Of a stretch of DNA of 64,000 nucleotides, positions 29,859-39,791 are shown in pieces. The translations under genes were made by a program, and so were the position numbers. Numbering within the stretch: position 1 is the stretch's first letter; each line of letters opens with the position of its first letter. Where the stretch lies: contig CAZRSL010000006.1 in NCBI GenBank assembly GCA_964602785.1, positions 240 to 64,239 on the forward strand, in the 5' to 3' direction. This stretch comes from an uncultured Prevotella sp. Its GTDB lineage: Bacteria; Bacteroidota; Bacteroidia; Bacteroidales; Bacteroidaceae. A model generated the notes under the pieces. The model saw only the letters and a list, made by a program, of their open reading frames with translations, had not been told where the DNA came from and did no database searches.

Positions 29859-31730
29859 ATGGAATTCAAATACGACGTCATTGTGATAGGAGGCGGCCAC
29901 GCTGGGTGCGAGGCGGCCACGGCGGCTGCCAACATGGGAGTCAAGACCTGCTTGATCACTATGGACATGAACAAGATAGCCCAAATGAGCTGTAATCCGG
30001 CTGTCGGGGGCATTGCCAAAGGCCAGATTGTGAGGGAAATAGACGCTCTTGGCGGCCAGATGGCCCTTGTCACCGATGCCACCGCCATTCAGTTCCGTAT
30101 GCTCAACCGCTCAAAGGGCCCGGCCATGTGGAGTCCTCGCGCTCAGTGCGACCGAGGAAAGTTTATATGGAAGTGGCGTGAGGTGCTCGACCACACCGAC
30201 AACCTTGACATATTTCAAGACCAAGCCGACCAACTGCTCGTTGAAAACGGCAAAGCTGTGGGTGTAACCACGATTTGGGGCGTTACATTCCAGGCCAAGG
30301 CTGTTATTGTTACTGCGGGAACTTTCCTCAACGGACTGATGCACATTGGCCGCAAAAAGGTGGAGGGCGGAAGAATAGCCGAGCCGGCTGTGCGCCATTT
30401 CACCGAGAGTCTCACACGCCACGGCATCCGCTCGGCTCGCATGAAAACGGGCACTCCTGTCCGTATAGACAAGCGCAGTGTCCACTTCGATGAAATGGAG
30501 GTGCAGAACGGTGAAAACGGCAACAACCAGTTTTCTTATATGGGTGGCGGAAGAAAGCTGCCTCAACTGCCGTGCTGGACTTGTGAGACAAATGAGCGGG
30601 TGCACCAGATTCTTAGAGACAGGATAGCCGACTCGCCTCTTTATAATGGCCAAATCCAAAGCACGGGGCCACGCTACTGCCCTTCCATCGAGACCAAACT
30701 GGTTACTTTCCCCGACAAAACCCATCATCCACTCTTCCTTGAGCCCGAAGGCACAGACACCAATGAAATGTATCTTAACGGCTTTTCATCGAGCATGCCT
30801 TGGGATGTACAATTAGAAGCAATCCATCAAATACCAGCTCTGCGCGATGCCAAAATCTACAGGCCTGGTTATGCCATAGAATACGACTATTTCGACCCGA
30901 CGCAACTGCAACACTCGTTGGAATCGAAGATTATTGGTGGCCTCTTCCTCGCAGGACAGGTGAACGGCACCACCGGCTACGAGGAAGCTGGAGGCCAAGG
31001 CACCGTGGCTGGAGTCAACGCCGCCATATATTGCGGAGGCGGAAAGCCTTTTGTGATGAAGCGCGACGAGAGCTACATCGGCGTTCTCATCGACGACCTG
31101 ACAACAAAGGGCGTCGACGAGCCATACAGGATGTTCACATCGAGAGCGGAATATAGGATACTGCTCCGTCAAGACGACGCCGACGCGCGGCTTACCGAGA
31201 TGAGCTACAAGCTCGGATTGGCCAAGCGCGACCGATATGACTGGTGGATGGAGAAGAAACAGAACATAGAGCGCATCATAAACTATTGCGAAACAACACT
31301 CGTCAAGGCGGCGGATATAAACTCGTTTCTCGAAAACATCGGCACCGCCCCACTTCACGAGTCGGTGCGCATAGCCGACCTGATGGCCCGCCCACAAGTG
31401 AACTTCAATAATCTCTCCGCCATTCTTCCAGGTCTGAAAGAAGCCATCAACGCCTCGCCCAACCGAACGGAAGAGATTAGCGAGGCCGCCGAAGTGCGCA
31501 TGAAGTATAAAGGATACATCGAGCGTGAACGCCGCTTTGCCGAAAAGATGCGCCGACTGGAAGACATCAACATAAAGGGGAAGTTCAACTACGCCGAAAT
31601 CCACGACCTCAGCACCGAATGCCGCCAGAAGCTCCAGCGCATTCAACCCGAGACGATAGCCCAGGCAAGCCGAATACCCGGAGTGTCGCCCAGCGACATC
31701 AACGTGCTGCTTGTTCTGAGCGGACGATAG
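29859..31730 (+). CDS. mnmG: tRNA uridine-5-carboxymethylaminomethyl modification enzyme MnmG/GidA
   Basis: True start MEFKYDVIVIGGGHAG (29859); MSCNPAVGG, GPRYCPSIE, GTTGYEEA; TACTTTTG promoter element at 29827. Confidence 0.97.
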   Translation: MEFKYDVIVIGGGHAGCEAATAAANMGVKTCLITMDMNKIAQMSCNPAVGGIAKGQIVREIDALGGQMALVTDATAIQFRMLNRSKGPAMWSPRAQCDRGKFIWKWREVLDHTDNLDIFQDQADQLLVENGKAVGVTTIWGVTFQAKAVIVTAGTFLNGLMHIGRKKVEGGRIAEPAVRHFTESLTRHGIRSARMKTGTPVRIDKRSVHFDEMEVQNGENGNNQFSYMGGGRKLPQLPCWTCETNERVHQILRDRIADSPLYNGQIQSTGPRYCPSIETKLVTFPDKTHHPLFLEPEGTDTNEMYLNGFSSSMPWDVQLEAIHQIPALRDAKIYRPGYAIEYDYFDPTQLQHSLESKIIGGLFLAGQVNGTTGYEEAGGQGTVAGVNAAIYCGGGKPFVMKRDESYIGVLIDDLTTKGVDEPYRMFTSRAEYRILLRQDDADARLTEMSYKLGLAKRDRYDWWMEKKQNIERIINYCETTLVKAADINSFLENIGTAPLHESVRIADLMARPQVNFNNLSAILPGLKEAINASPNRTEEISEAAEVRMKYKGYIERERRFAEKMRRLEDINIKGKFNYAEIHDLSTECRQKLQRIQPETIAQASRIPGVSPSDINVLLVLSGR

Positions 31731-31744
31731 TTCCACGTGGAACA
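31729..31744. promoter_or_regulatory. parS site
   Basis: AGTTCCACGTGGAACA, 15/16 match to TGTTCCACGTGGAACA. Confidence 0.8.
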
Positions 31745-31845
31745 AACAACGGGTAAAACTCTGTGTCTCAAACGCATGTTGATTAAAGTAAAACGTGAAA
31801 CTTCAACCAGAAAACATAACCAGCAAACATTAAACACCAAACAAA

Positions 31846-32376
31846 ATGAACAAACAATTATTGCTCGACAACCTGCGCAGCATACAAGACTGGCCAATCA
31901 AGGGGGTGAACTTCCGCGATGTAACCACCCTGTTCAAGAGCGCGGAATGCTTGAAAGAAATCACAGAGTCGATGTATGAACTCTACAAGGACTGCGGCAT
32001 AACAAAAATTGTGGGCATAGAGTCGCGTGGCTTCGTCATGAGCAGCGCCGTCGCCGTCCGCCTCAACGCGGGGGTGGTGCTGTGCCGCAAACCGGGCAAG
32101 CTGCCTTGCGACACTGTGCAACAGAGCTACGCCAAAGAATATGGCATCGACACCATCGAAATACACAAAGACGCCATCAGCGAGGACGACGTGATACTCC
32201 TGCACGACGACCTGCTCGCCACGGGCGGCACCATGAAGGCCGCGTGCGACCTCGTCAAGAAGTTCCACCCGAAGAAAATCTACTGCAACTTCATCATCGA
32301 GCTGGTAACGGAATTCCCCCACAGCCGCGAGCAGTTCGACAAGGACGTGGAGATAACGTCGCTGCTGCAACTCTAA
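31846..32376 (+). CDS. apt: Adenine phosphoribosyltransferase
   Basis: GIESRGF, RKPGKLP, HDDLLATGGT. Confidence 0.96.
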   Translation: MNKQLLLDNLRSIQDWPIKGVNFRDVTTLFKSAECLKEITESMYELYKDCGITKIVGIESRGFVMSSAVAVRLNAGVVLCRKPGKLPCDTVQQSYAKEYGIDTIEIHKDAISEDDVILLHDDLLATGGTMKAACDLVKKFHPKKIYCNFIIELVTEFPHSREQFDKDVEITSLLQL

Positions 32377-32386
32377 GATGGAGGTC

Positions 32387-32402
32387 TGTTCCACGTGGAA
32401 CA
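32387..32402. promoter_or_regulatory. parS site
   Basis: Perfect palindrome TGTTCCACGTGGAACA. Confidence 0.88.
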
Positions 32403-32442
32403 GCAACACCAGACAACTCTGAAACCCACACAGTTAGCAAGA

Positions 32443-34323
32443 ATGACGAAAGAAGAGAATGAGCACAGGTTGGCCTACTTGAAGAACATAGTGCTAAACA
32501 TGCCCCACAAGCCTGGCACCTACCAATATTACGACGCCCCAATCAGTGAGGGCGGCACAATAATATATGTGGGTAAGGCCAAAGACTTGAAGAACCGCGT
32601 GTCGAGCTACTTCCACAAGGAGGTCGACCGTTTCAAGACCAAAGTGCTCGTCAGCAAGATACGCGACATCAGCTACTCTGTGGTGAACAGCGAGGAGGAC
32701 GCTCTGCTCATCGAGAACCAACTCATCAAGCAGTACAAGCCGCGCTACAACGTGCTGCTGAAAGACGGCAAGACCTACCCGAGCATCTGCGTGACCAAGG
32801 AGTTCTACCCCCGCATCTTCAAGACGCGCAAAATAAACAAACGCTACGGCCAGTTCTTCGGCCCCTACCCCCACATCAGCCACATGTACGCCTTGCTCGA
32901 CCTAATCCACAAGCTCTACAAGCCCCGCACGTGCCGGTTGCCTTTGACTGAGGAAAACATCAAGGCTCACAAGTTCTCGCCTTGTCTGGAATACCATATA
33001 GGCAACTGCAAAGCGCCATGTATAGGCCGCCAGAGCTACGCCGACTATCAGGAGCAGATAGCCATGGCACGGGAGATACTGAAGGGCAACACACGCGATG
33101 TGGAGCGCCAAATCTACATTAAAATGCAGCAGGCAGCGGCAGAATTGCGCTTCGAGGATGCCGAGGAGCTGAAGCAGCAATACCTCATTCTGACCGATTT
33201 CACCCAAAAGAGCGAGGTGGTGAGCCACACCATAACCGATGTCGACGTGTTCACGATTGTCAACGACGACCAACGGCGCAACGCCTACATCAACTACATC
33301 CACGTTACCAACGGTGCCATCAACCAAAGCTTCACCTACGAATACAAGCGCAAACTCGACGAGAGCGACGAGGAACTGCTCAACTACGCCATACCCGAAA
33401 TACGCAGCCGCTTCAACAGCCACGCAAAGGAGATAATTGTGCCCTTCCCGCTCGATTTCAAAATCAAAGACGCAGAATTCTTCATCCCACAGCGTGGCGA
33501 CAAGCATCATCTGTTGGAACTTTCGGAAATGAACGCCAAGCAATACAAGGTGGACAGGCTGAAGCAGAGCGACAAACTCAACCCCGAACAGAAGTCGACA
33601 AGGCTGATGAAAGAGCTGCAAGACAAGTTGAAATTGCCCAAACTGCCCTACACGATAGAGTGTTTCGACAACAGCAACATCTCCGGCTCCGACCCTGTGG
33701 CCGGGTGCATCGTCTACAAGGGCATGAAACCGTCGAAAAAAGACTACCGCACCTACAACATAAAGACCGTGCAGGGCCCCGACGACTACGCCTCGATGCA
33801 GGAGGTGGTGCGTCGCCGCTACAGTCGCATGAAGGAAGAGGGCACTCCCCTACCCGACCTGATCATCACCGATGGCGGCAAGGGCCAGATGGACTGCGTG
33901 CGCGAGGTGGTGGAGGACGAGCTCGGGCTGCACATACCAATAGCCGGACTGGCCAAAGACGACCGCCACCGCACCAACGAGCTGCTCTTCGGTTTTCCGC
34001 CGCGCGTGGTTGGCTTGAAGACCGACAGCGAACTCTTCTTCTTGCTGACGCAGATACAGGACGAAGTGCACCGTTTCGCCATTTCGTTCCATCGCAACAA
34101 ACGGTCTAAACATCAGTTGCACAGCGAGTTGGACGACATTAAAGGCATCGGCCACACCAGTCGCGACGCCCTTCTCAAGAAGTTCAAGACCGTGAAAGCC
34201 ATCAGCCAAGCCAACGAGCAGCAACTCGCAGAGGCCATTGGCGCCAGCCGCGCACGCTTGGTGTGGTCGCATTTCCACGCTGAAAAGGCCGTTGTAAAAA
34301 CCGCTGAATCCTTGGCCGAATGA
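32443..34323 (+). CDS. uvrC: Excinuclease ABC subunit C
   Basis: GIY-YIG (IYVGKAKDLKNRVSSYF), IECFDNSNI, DGGKGQ, HhH; ATG at 32443. Confidence 0.97.
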   Translation: MTKEENEHRLAYLKNIVLNMPHKPGTYQYYDAPISEGGTIIYVGKAKDLKNRVSSYFHKEVDRFKTKVLVSKIRDISYSVVNSEEDALLIENQLIKQYKPRYNVLLKDGKTYPSICVTKEFYPRIFKTRKINKRYGQFFGPYPHISHMYALLDLIHKLYKPRTCRLPLTEENIKAHKFSPCLEYHIGNCKAPCIGRQSYADYQEQIAMAREILKGNTRDVERQIYIKMQQAAAELRFEDAEELKQQYLILTDFTQKSEVVSHTITDVDVFTIVNDDQRRNAYINYIHVTNGAINQSFTYEYKRKLDESDEELLNYAIPEIRSRFNSHAKEIIVPFPLDFKIKDAEFFIPQRGDKHHLLELSEMNAKQYKVDRLKQSDKLNPEQKSTRLMKELQDKLKLPKLPYTIECFDNSNISGSDPVAGCIVYKGMKPSKKDYRTYNIKTVQGPDDYASMQEVVRRRYSRMKEEGTPLPDLIITDGGKGQMDCVREVVEDELGLHIPIAGLAKDDRHRTNELLFGFPPRVVGLKTDSELFFLLTQIQDEVHRFAISFHRNKRSKHQLHSELDDIKGIGHTSRDALLKKFKTVKAISQANEQQLAEAIGASRARLVWSHFHAEKAVVKTAESLAE

Positions 34324-34346
34324 AACAAAACCATTAAATTTGCATT

Positions 34347-34799
34347 ATGAGAGCTGTGATACAACGCGTGAGCCACGCATCAGTTACAATTAATGGTATT
34401 CTGAAATCATCCATTAATAGCGGCATGCTTCTGTTAGTGGCCTTCGAAGCCACCGACACAGTCGACGACCTGCGGTGGATGGTGCGGAAAGTGAGCGGAT
34501 TGCGCATCTTCAACGACGAGAATGGCGTTATGAACGTCAACATCGCCGACGCCAACGGCGAACTGATGGCCATATCGCAGTTCACTCTCTACGCCAGCTA
34601 CCGCAAGGGAAACCGACCATCTTGGTTGCGGGCTGCACCGGGATCTGTGTCAGAACCGCTCTACAACGAGTTCTGCCACATGCTATCAGAAGCGACTGGC
34701 AAGCCCGTGGCAATGGGCGAGTTTGGTGCCGACATGAAGGTGGAACTGCTCAACGACGGGCCCGTAACAATTTGTATGGACTCGAAAAATCCGGAATAG
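34347..34799 (+). CDS. dtd: D-aminoacyl-tRNA deacylase
   Basis: MRAVIQRV, SQFTL, NDGPVT. Confidence 0.96.
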   Translation: MRAVIQRVSHASVTINGILKSSINSGMLLLVAFEATDTVDDLRWMVRKVSGLRIFNDENGVMNVNIADANGELMAISQFTLYASYRKGNRPSWLRAAPGSVSEPLYNEFCHMLSEATGKPVAMGEFGADMKVELLNDGPVTICMDSKNPE

Positions 34800-34852
34800 A
34801 AACGCCCCCCCAAGCCCCTTCAAAGGAGGGGATGTTTAAGACAACTAACAAT

Positions 34853-35137
34853 ATGGACGAAAACAAAAAGAGAATCAGAATGCTTTATGACAAATACAAG
34901 ACGTGGCTATTTGTCATAGGATTGATAATGTTGGGGTTATGCCATTGGATAGACGACGACATCTACCGGCTCATCCCTTATACTCTCATATTCTTCCCTT
35001 GCATATTCGACCTGTACTTGTATCGGAGACAAAAGGGGATATATAAAGTACTGGTGGTGGCAACCATTATTTTTCTGTCAGTTCTGTGGTTAGCGGCACT
35101 ATATTGGGCTGTTGAAGAGGCCTTGACCTTAATTTAG
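34853..35137 (+). CDS. Small AT-rich membrane protein (~94 aa, 3 TM)
   Basis: ATG 34853, MDENKKRIRM...; hydrophobic segments; lower GC than neighbouring genes. Confidence 0.6.
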   Translation: MDENKKRIRMLYDKYKTWLFVIGLIMLGLCHWIDDDIYRLIPYTLIFFPCIFDLYLYRRQKGIYKVLVVATIIFLSVLWLAALYWAVEEALTLI

Positions 35138-35148
35138 AAAGCGACAAA

Positions 35149-35481
35149 ATGACCATAGCTGAAGCACAACAACGGGTGGACGAATGGATTAAGCGCTACG
35201 GCGTGCGCTATTTCAACGAGCTCACCAACATGGCCTGCCTCACCGAGGAGGTGGGCGAACTGGCGCGCGTCATAGCCCGGCTCTATGGCGAACAGAGCTT
35301 TAAGCCAGGCGAACAGCCAAACCTCGGCGAGGAGATGGCCGACGTGCTGTGGGTGCTAATATGCTTGGCCAACCAGACGGGAGTCGACCTGACAGAAGAA
35401 CTGCTGAAGAGCTTTGAGAAGAAGACCGAACGCGACAAAGACCGACACAAGAACAACCAAAAACTTAAAAACAACTTATAA
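35149..35481 (+). CDS. MazG-like nucleotide pyrophosphohydrolase
   Basis: LTEEVGELAR...EEMADVL. Confidence 0.92.
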   Translation: MTIAEAQQRVDEWIKRYGVRYFNELTNMACLTEEVGELARVIARLYGEQSFKPGEQPNLGEEMADVLWVLICLANQTGVDLTEELLKSFEKKTERDKDRHKNNQKLKNNL

Positions 35482-35487
35482 AACACC

Positions 35488-36423
35488 ATGGGAAAAATCA
35501 AGAACATCGTGATGAACGACATCACACAAAACCAGCCAGAGAAGAGCAAATACGACCAGGCTTTGGAGAAGTACAACACCAACGTCGACGAACAGCAAGT
35601 TCGGGACGAGGTGAAGAGGATAATAGCCGAGAATGTGCCCGCCAACGACACTTTGGAAGTTAAAAAGTTCCTTCTCGGAAGCGTTGAGCTCACCTCTCTC
35701 CATACCACCGACACCGAGGAAAGCATCCTCGCAATGACTGAGAAAGTTAACAAGTTTACAGCCGATTATCCCGACCTGCCCCACGTGGCCGCAATCTGCG
35801 CCTACCCCGTCTTCACCGAGCTAATAGCACAAAGCCTTGAGGTCGACGGAGTGGAGATTACCAACGTATGCGGCAACTTCCCCTCGTCGCAGGCACGCAT
35901 GGAAGTCAAGATAGCTGAGACCTCGCTTGCCGTGAAAGACGGAGCAACCAACGTCGACATCGTGTTGCCCGTGGGCAAGTTCCTCAGTGGCGACTACGAG
36001 GGCGTCTGCGACGACATCCAGGAACTGAAGGAGACATGCGGCGAAGTGCCAATGAAAGTGATTCTGGAGACCTGCGACCTCGGCTCGCTGAGCAACGTGA
36101 AGAAAGCGGCACTGCTCTCGATGTACGCGGGTGCCAACTACATCAAGACCTCCACAGGCAAAGAGAAGGCCGGTGCCACACCTGAGGGTGTCTACGTGAT
36201 GTGCCAGGCCATTAAGGAATACTACGACGAGACTGGCATCCAGATAGGAATAAAGCCCGCCGGCGGCATCAACACGGTGATGGACGCCACCATCCTCTAC
36301 ACCATCGTGCAGCAAGTGCTCGGCCCGAAATGGCTCACCAACTATTGGTTCCGCCTCGGCACCAGCCGCCTGACCAACCTCCTGCTAAGCGAGATTGTGG
36401 GCAAGGAAATAAAGTATTTCTAA
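35488..36423 (+). CDS. deoC: Deoxyribose-phosphate aldolase
   Basis: ELTSL, KVILET, IKTSTGK, KPAGGI, RLGTS. Confidence 0.95.
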   Translation: MGKIKNIVMNDITQNQPEKSKYDQALEKYNTNVDEQQVRDEVKRIIAENVPANDTLEVKKFLLGSVELTSLHTTDTEESILAMTEKVNKFTADYPDLPHVAAICAYPVFTELIAQSLEVDGVEITNVCGNFPSSQARMEVKIAETSLAVKDGATNVDIVLPVGKFLSGDYEGVCDDIQELKETCGEVPMKVILETCDLGSLSNVKKAALLSMYAGANYIKTSTGKEKAGATPEGVYVMCQAIKEYYDETGIQIGIKPAGGINTVMDATILYTIVQQVLGPKWLTNYWFRLGTSRLTNLLLSEIVGKEIKYF

Positions 36424-36457
36424 TCGGCAGTATAGACCTCTGCTACTATCAGACATT

Positions 36458-36496
36458 ATGGCGCATTCCACAACCGTGGCAATGCGCCATTCTTTT
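36458..36496 (+). terminator. Rho-independent terminator after deoC
   Basis: ATGGCGCATT...AATGCGCCAT followed by TCTTTT. Confidence 0.75.
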
Positions 36497-36533
36497 GTGA
36501 AACAAGTCGTCTTGCAACCCAAAAGATCTTCTG

Positions 36534-36632
36534 TCATCATCGTCCATCAATTGATACGCACGTGAATATCAATTGATGGGCACGTGAATATCAATTGATG
36601 GGCACGTGAATATCAATTGATGGACGATGATG
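36534..36632. repeat. 22-bp tandem palindromic repeat (ATCAATTGAT-nnn-CACGTG-AAT) with inverted flanks
   Basis: ATCAATTGAT at 36546, 36568, 36590 and 36612; flanks CATCATCGTCC / GGACGATGATG. Confidence 0.9.
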
Positions 36633-36744
36633 GCAAAGCCCCTTTTGCACCGCAAAACATAAAAAATTGGCCTTCAACGATGGTTCTCTTAGCTTTATTT
36701 CATAACTTTGCTGAGGAACAGGAACACCACTAAACCACCGCAAT

Positions 36745-39264
36745 ATGAAAAGAGCCATAATCTTGCTCACCATCGCAATAAGCCTGTCGGCATTCTCCAA
36801 GTCCACAGATTGGCAGAATGGGGTGCCGAAAGACTTGGCTGAATACCGCGCCAACAGCGTTTCCAACGTCAGCTACAACCTCTTTTTCAGAATACCGGAG
36901 CAGAGAGAAGAGCCTGTGACGGGCATGGCCGAAATCAACTTCAACTACACTGGCGGGCAAGACCTGCCCGTCGATTTCCAAGGCCACTTCTTCGCCGATT
37001 CCAACTACAATAACAGCGACAGCGTGGGGTATGTCATCATCAACGGGAAAAGGCGCAAGGTGGTCAGGCAGAACGAGCACATCATCCTGCCGGCGAAGCA
37101 TCTGAACCGTGGAAGCAACCGCGTGAGCCTCAGCTTCGAAAGTCTCGACGCGTCGCTCAACCGACACCCCGACTACATGTACACGCTCTTTGTGCCAGCC
37201 GGAGCCCGCAGTTGCTTCCCATGCTTCGACCAGCCCGACCTGAAAGCGCAGTTCAAGGTAAAGCTCGCCTACCCCACCGGCTGGACAAGCATCAGTTCCG
37301 AGAGCGAAAAGCCCATACCCACATATCTTTTCTCATTCGTAGCGGGCAAATTCCAGCAACAGACAGTTGAGAAAGACGGCATAAAAATGACCGCCCTCTA
37401 CCGCGAAACCGACCCGCAGAAGGTGGCCCAGCTCGACAAGGTGTTTTCCGAGGCGGCCATGTCGATACGCTGGATGGAGCGATACACCGGCATCACGTGC
37501 CCGTTCCCAAGCTATGGTTTCGTGGTGCTGCCTGGCTATCAGTTCGGCGGCATGGAGCACCCCGGCGCAATCCAGTTTGTGGCGCGTGAGATATTCCTCG
37601 GACAGAAACCCACTCCCGACGAGGAGCTGACGCGACTGGAGCTCATAGCCCACGAGACGGCGCACCTCTGGTTCGGCGACCTGGTCACCATGCGGTGGTT
37701 CGACGACGTGTGGACCAAGGAGGTGTTCGCCAATTTCATGGCCAACAAGATCTCTCGAGAGGTCTATCCCGACATCAACCACAACCTGAACTTCCTGAAA
37801 GCCTACCAGACACGGGCAACGGCCACCGACCGCACACGTGGCACCCACCCCATACAGCAACCACTTGATAATCTGAAAGATGCGGGACTGCTCTACGGCA
37901 ACATCATCTACGACAAGGCACCAGTGATGATGCGCAAACTCGAAGAGCATATCGGAGCCAGCCGTCTGCGCTCCGGCTTGCAGGCTTACTTGCGCAAATA
38001 CAGCTTCAAGAACGCCACGTGGGACGACCTGATTGCCCTGCTCGACAGCGTTGCACCCGATGCCAGCGTGCGGCAGTTCTCCGATGTGTGGGTCAAGCAA
38101 AAGGGATTGCCCACCATCAGTTACTCCGTCAGCGAGCCGGTGAGGTCGCATTATGAGCTGACGGTGCATCAATCCGACCCGTTAGGCCGCAACATCGTAT
38201 GGCCACAACGGTTCACCATGGCCGTGGACTATGGCGACAGCATCGACTACGTGCCCATCAGCGCCACCGAAACCGACGTGGTGGCACCTCTGCGGGGCAA
38301 GCCTCAGCACATCATGCCAAACTGCTATGGCGACGGTTACGGTCGATTTGTAATCAACAACGGCGACACCGCATTGGCTTTCAGCACCCTCGTCAACGGC
38401 CAGAGGGAGACGGAGACCGAAGCCTACGCCGCCTTGCTGACGCTGCACGAGAACTTCCTGATGGGTCGGCTGTCGGGACAGGAGTTCTTCGGGGTCATTT
38501 CCAAGGCTCTGCGGAATTGCAGCAATCCGCTCATAGGCTCCACCCTCGTCGGTTGCATGGGCACCGTGGCCTACTATGCGCCCGACGCGCTGCGCCACGC
38601 CTACGAGCTGGCCATGCTCCGTCATTCGATGAGCCACCCGTTGAGGCCTGTGCGCCAGCAACTCTTGCGCACCCTCGCTACCAGCGCCACCGCCCCAGCT
38701 GTCATCGACAGTCTTCTAACTATTTGGCAGCACCAGTCCGACACGCTCATATTGCCACGGAACATGCTCACCACACGCGACTACACCCGCCTCTCGTGGC
38801 ATCTCGCGCTGCTCCGCCCCACCCTATCCGACTCCATCCTCGCCCATCAGCGCACGCTTCTCCGCACCGATGACGAGCGGCGTGAATTCGATTTTGTCAG
38901 CCGTGGATGCACCGCCGACACCGCACTCCAGCACAGCCTCTTCCTCAGCCTGATACCAAAGGAGGGCCGCACGGTGGAGCCGTGGGCGCGACTGTTGCTC
39001 TCGCTGCTCTGCAACCGAAGTCACGAGCCCCTGTGCCACAGCTACATCAAGCCTGGCCTCGACAACCTCAGGGCAATACAGCAATCATCCGACATCTTCT
39101 TCCCTGGCTATTGGTGTTCGGCTCTGCTCACGGGTCAGCACCAGCCCGAAGCCGCCGAAATCGTAAGCACATGGATTGCCGCCCATCCCGACTATCCCAC
39201 GTCGCTGATGAACAAGCTGCTTCAAGCCGCCTATCCGCTCTTGGACGCGCGGCCTGTGCCTTGA
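36745..39264 (+). CDS. M1 family aminopeptidase, secreted
   Basis: Signal peptide; GGMEH, HETAHLWFG...E zincin motif, IYDKAP. Confidence 0.93.
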   Translation: MKRAIILLTIAISLSAFSKSTDWQNGVPKDLAEYRANSVSNVSYNLFFRIPEQREEPVTGMAEINFNYTGGQDLPVDFQGHFFADSNYNNSDSVGYVIINGKRRKVVRQNEHIILPAKHLNRGSNRVSLSFESLDASLNRHPDYMYTLFVPAGARSCFPCFDQPDLKAQFKVKLAYPTGWTSISSESEKPIPTYLFSFVAGKFQQQTVEKDGIKMTALYRETDPQKVAQLDKVFSEAAMSIRWMERYTGITCPFPSYGFVVLPGYQFGGMEHPGAIQFVAREIFLGQKPTPDEELTRLELIAHETAHLWFGDLVTMRWFDDVWTKEVFANFMANKISREVYPDINHNLNFLKAYQTRATATDRTRGTHPIQQPLDNLKDAGLLYGNIIYDKAPVMMRKLEEHIGASRLRSGLQAYLRKYSFKNATWDDLIALLDSVAPDASVRQFSDVWVKQKGLPTISYSVSEPVRSHYELTVHQSDPLGRNIVWPQRFTMAVDYGDSIDYVPISATETDVVAPLRGKPQHIMPNCYGDGYGRFVINNGDTALAFSTLVNGQRETETEAYAALLTLHENFLMGRLSGQEFFGVISKALRNCSNPLIGSTLVGCMGTVAYYAPDALRHAYELAMLRHSMSHPLRPVRQQLLRTLATSATAPAVIDSLLTIWQHQSDTLILPRNMLTTRDYTRLSWHLALLRPTLSDSILAHQRTLLRTDDERREFDFVSRGCTADTALQHSLFLSLIPKEGRTVEPWARLLLSLLCNRSHEPLCHSYIKPGLDNLRAIQQSSDIFFPGYWCSALLTGQHQPEAAEIVSTWIAAHPDYPTSLMNKLLQAAYPLLDARPVP

Positions 39265-39340
39265 ATCTAAATCGATTATTAGTCTACTTTACTATAGTAG
39301 ACTCCCACTGCAGGGACCGTGCCTTGTGCCTGCCCTAATA

Positions 39341-39787
39341 AATGTTCGACCGCTTTAAATAAATAGGTAATGACATTGTTTTAGGGCCGGCCCTAACCCT
39401 ACCTACACGGCCCCTGCAGTGGGATTATGCTATTACAAAAATCCCAAATTGGTCATTAGGAAGTGTTAGTCAGAAAATGATGCCGGAGACATCAACGCTC
39501 GATAACCGCGGGTGCTTGCACCCTCGGTAAATGGATTATCTATTCTCCGACCCTATCGGGGTCGCCGCACTTGCACATCTTTACAACTCACTGACAAAGA
39601 AGGGCGACCCCGATAGGGTCGATTGTTTGGAGAGCCTGTGATTCCGTGGGTGCAAGCACCCGCGGTTATCGAACGGTGATGCCTCCGGCATCATCTACTA
39701 TTATAAGAAGGGCATCATCTACGGTTATAAGATGATGAAAAAATGGTGTTGTGTTGCTGCCGTAAACGCAATACCATTTTGCTATAA
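39341..39787. repeat. 447-bp direct repeat, copy 1 (REP-like palindromes plus terminator hairpin)
   Basis: Co-linear with 41800-42246 at a constant offset of 2459; about a dozen substitutions by eye. Confidence 0.93.
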
Positions 39788-39791
39788 AGTC

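Noticed and set aside
36534-36632. 22-bp arrays as possible CRISPR arrays
   Set aside because: The units are contiguous with no unique spacers, and there are no cas genes in the window.
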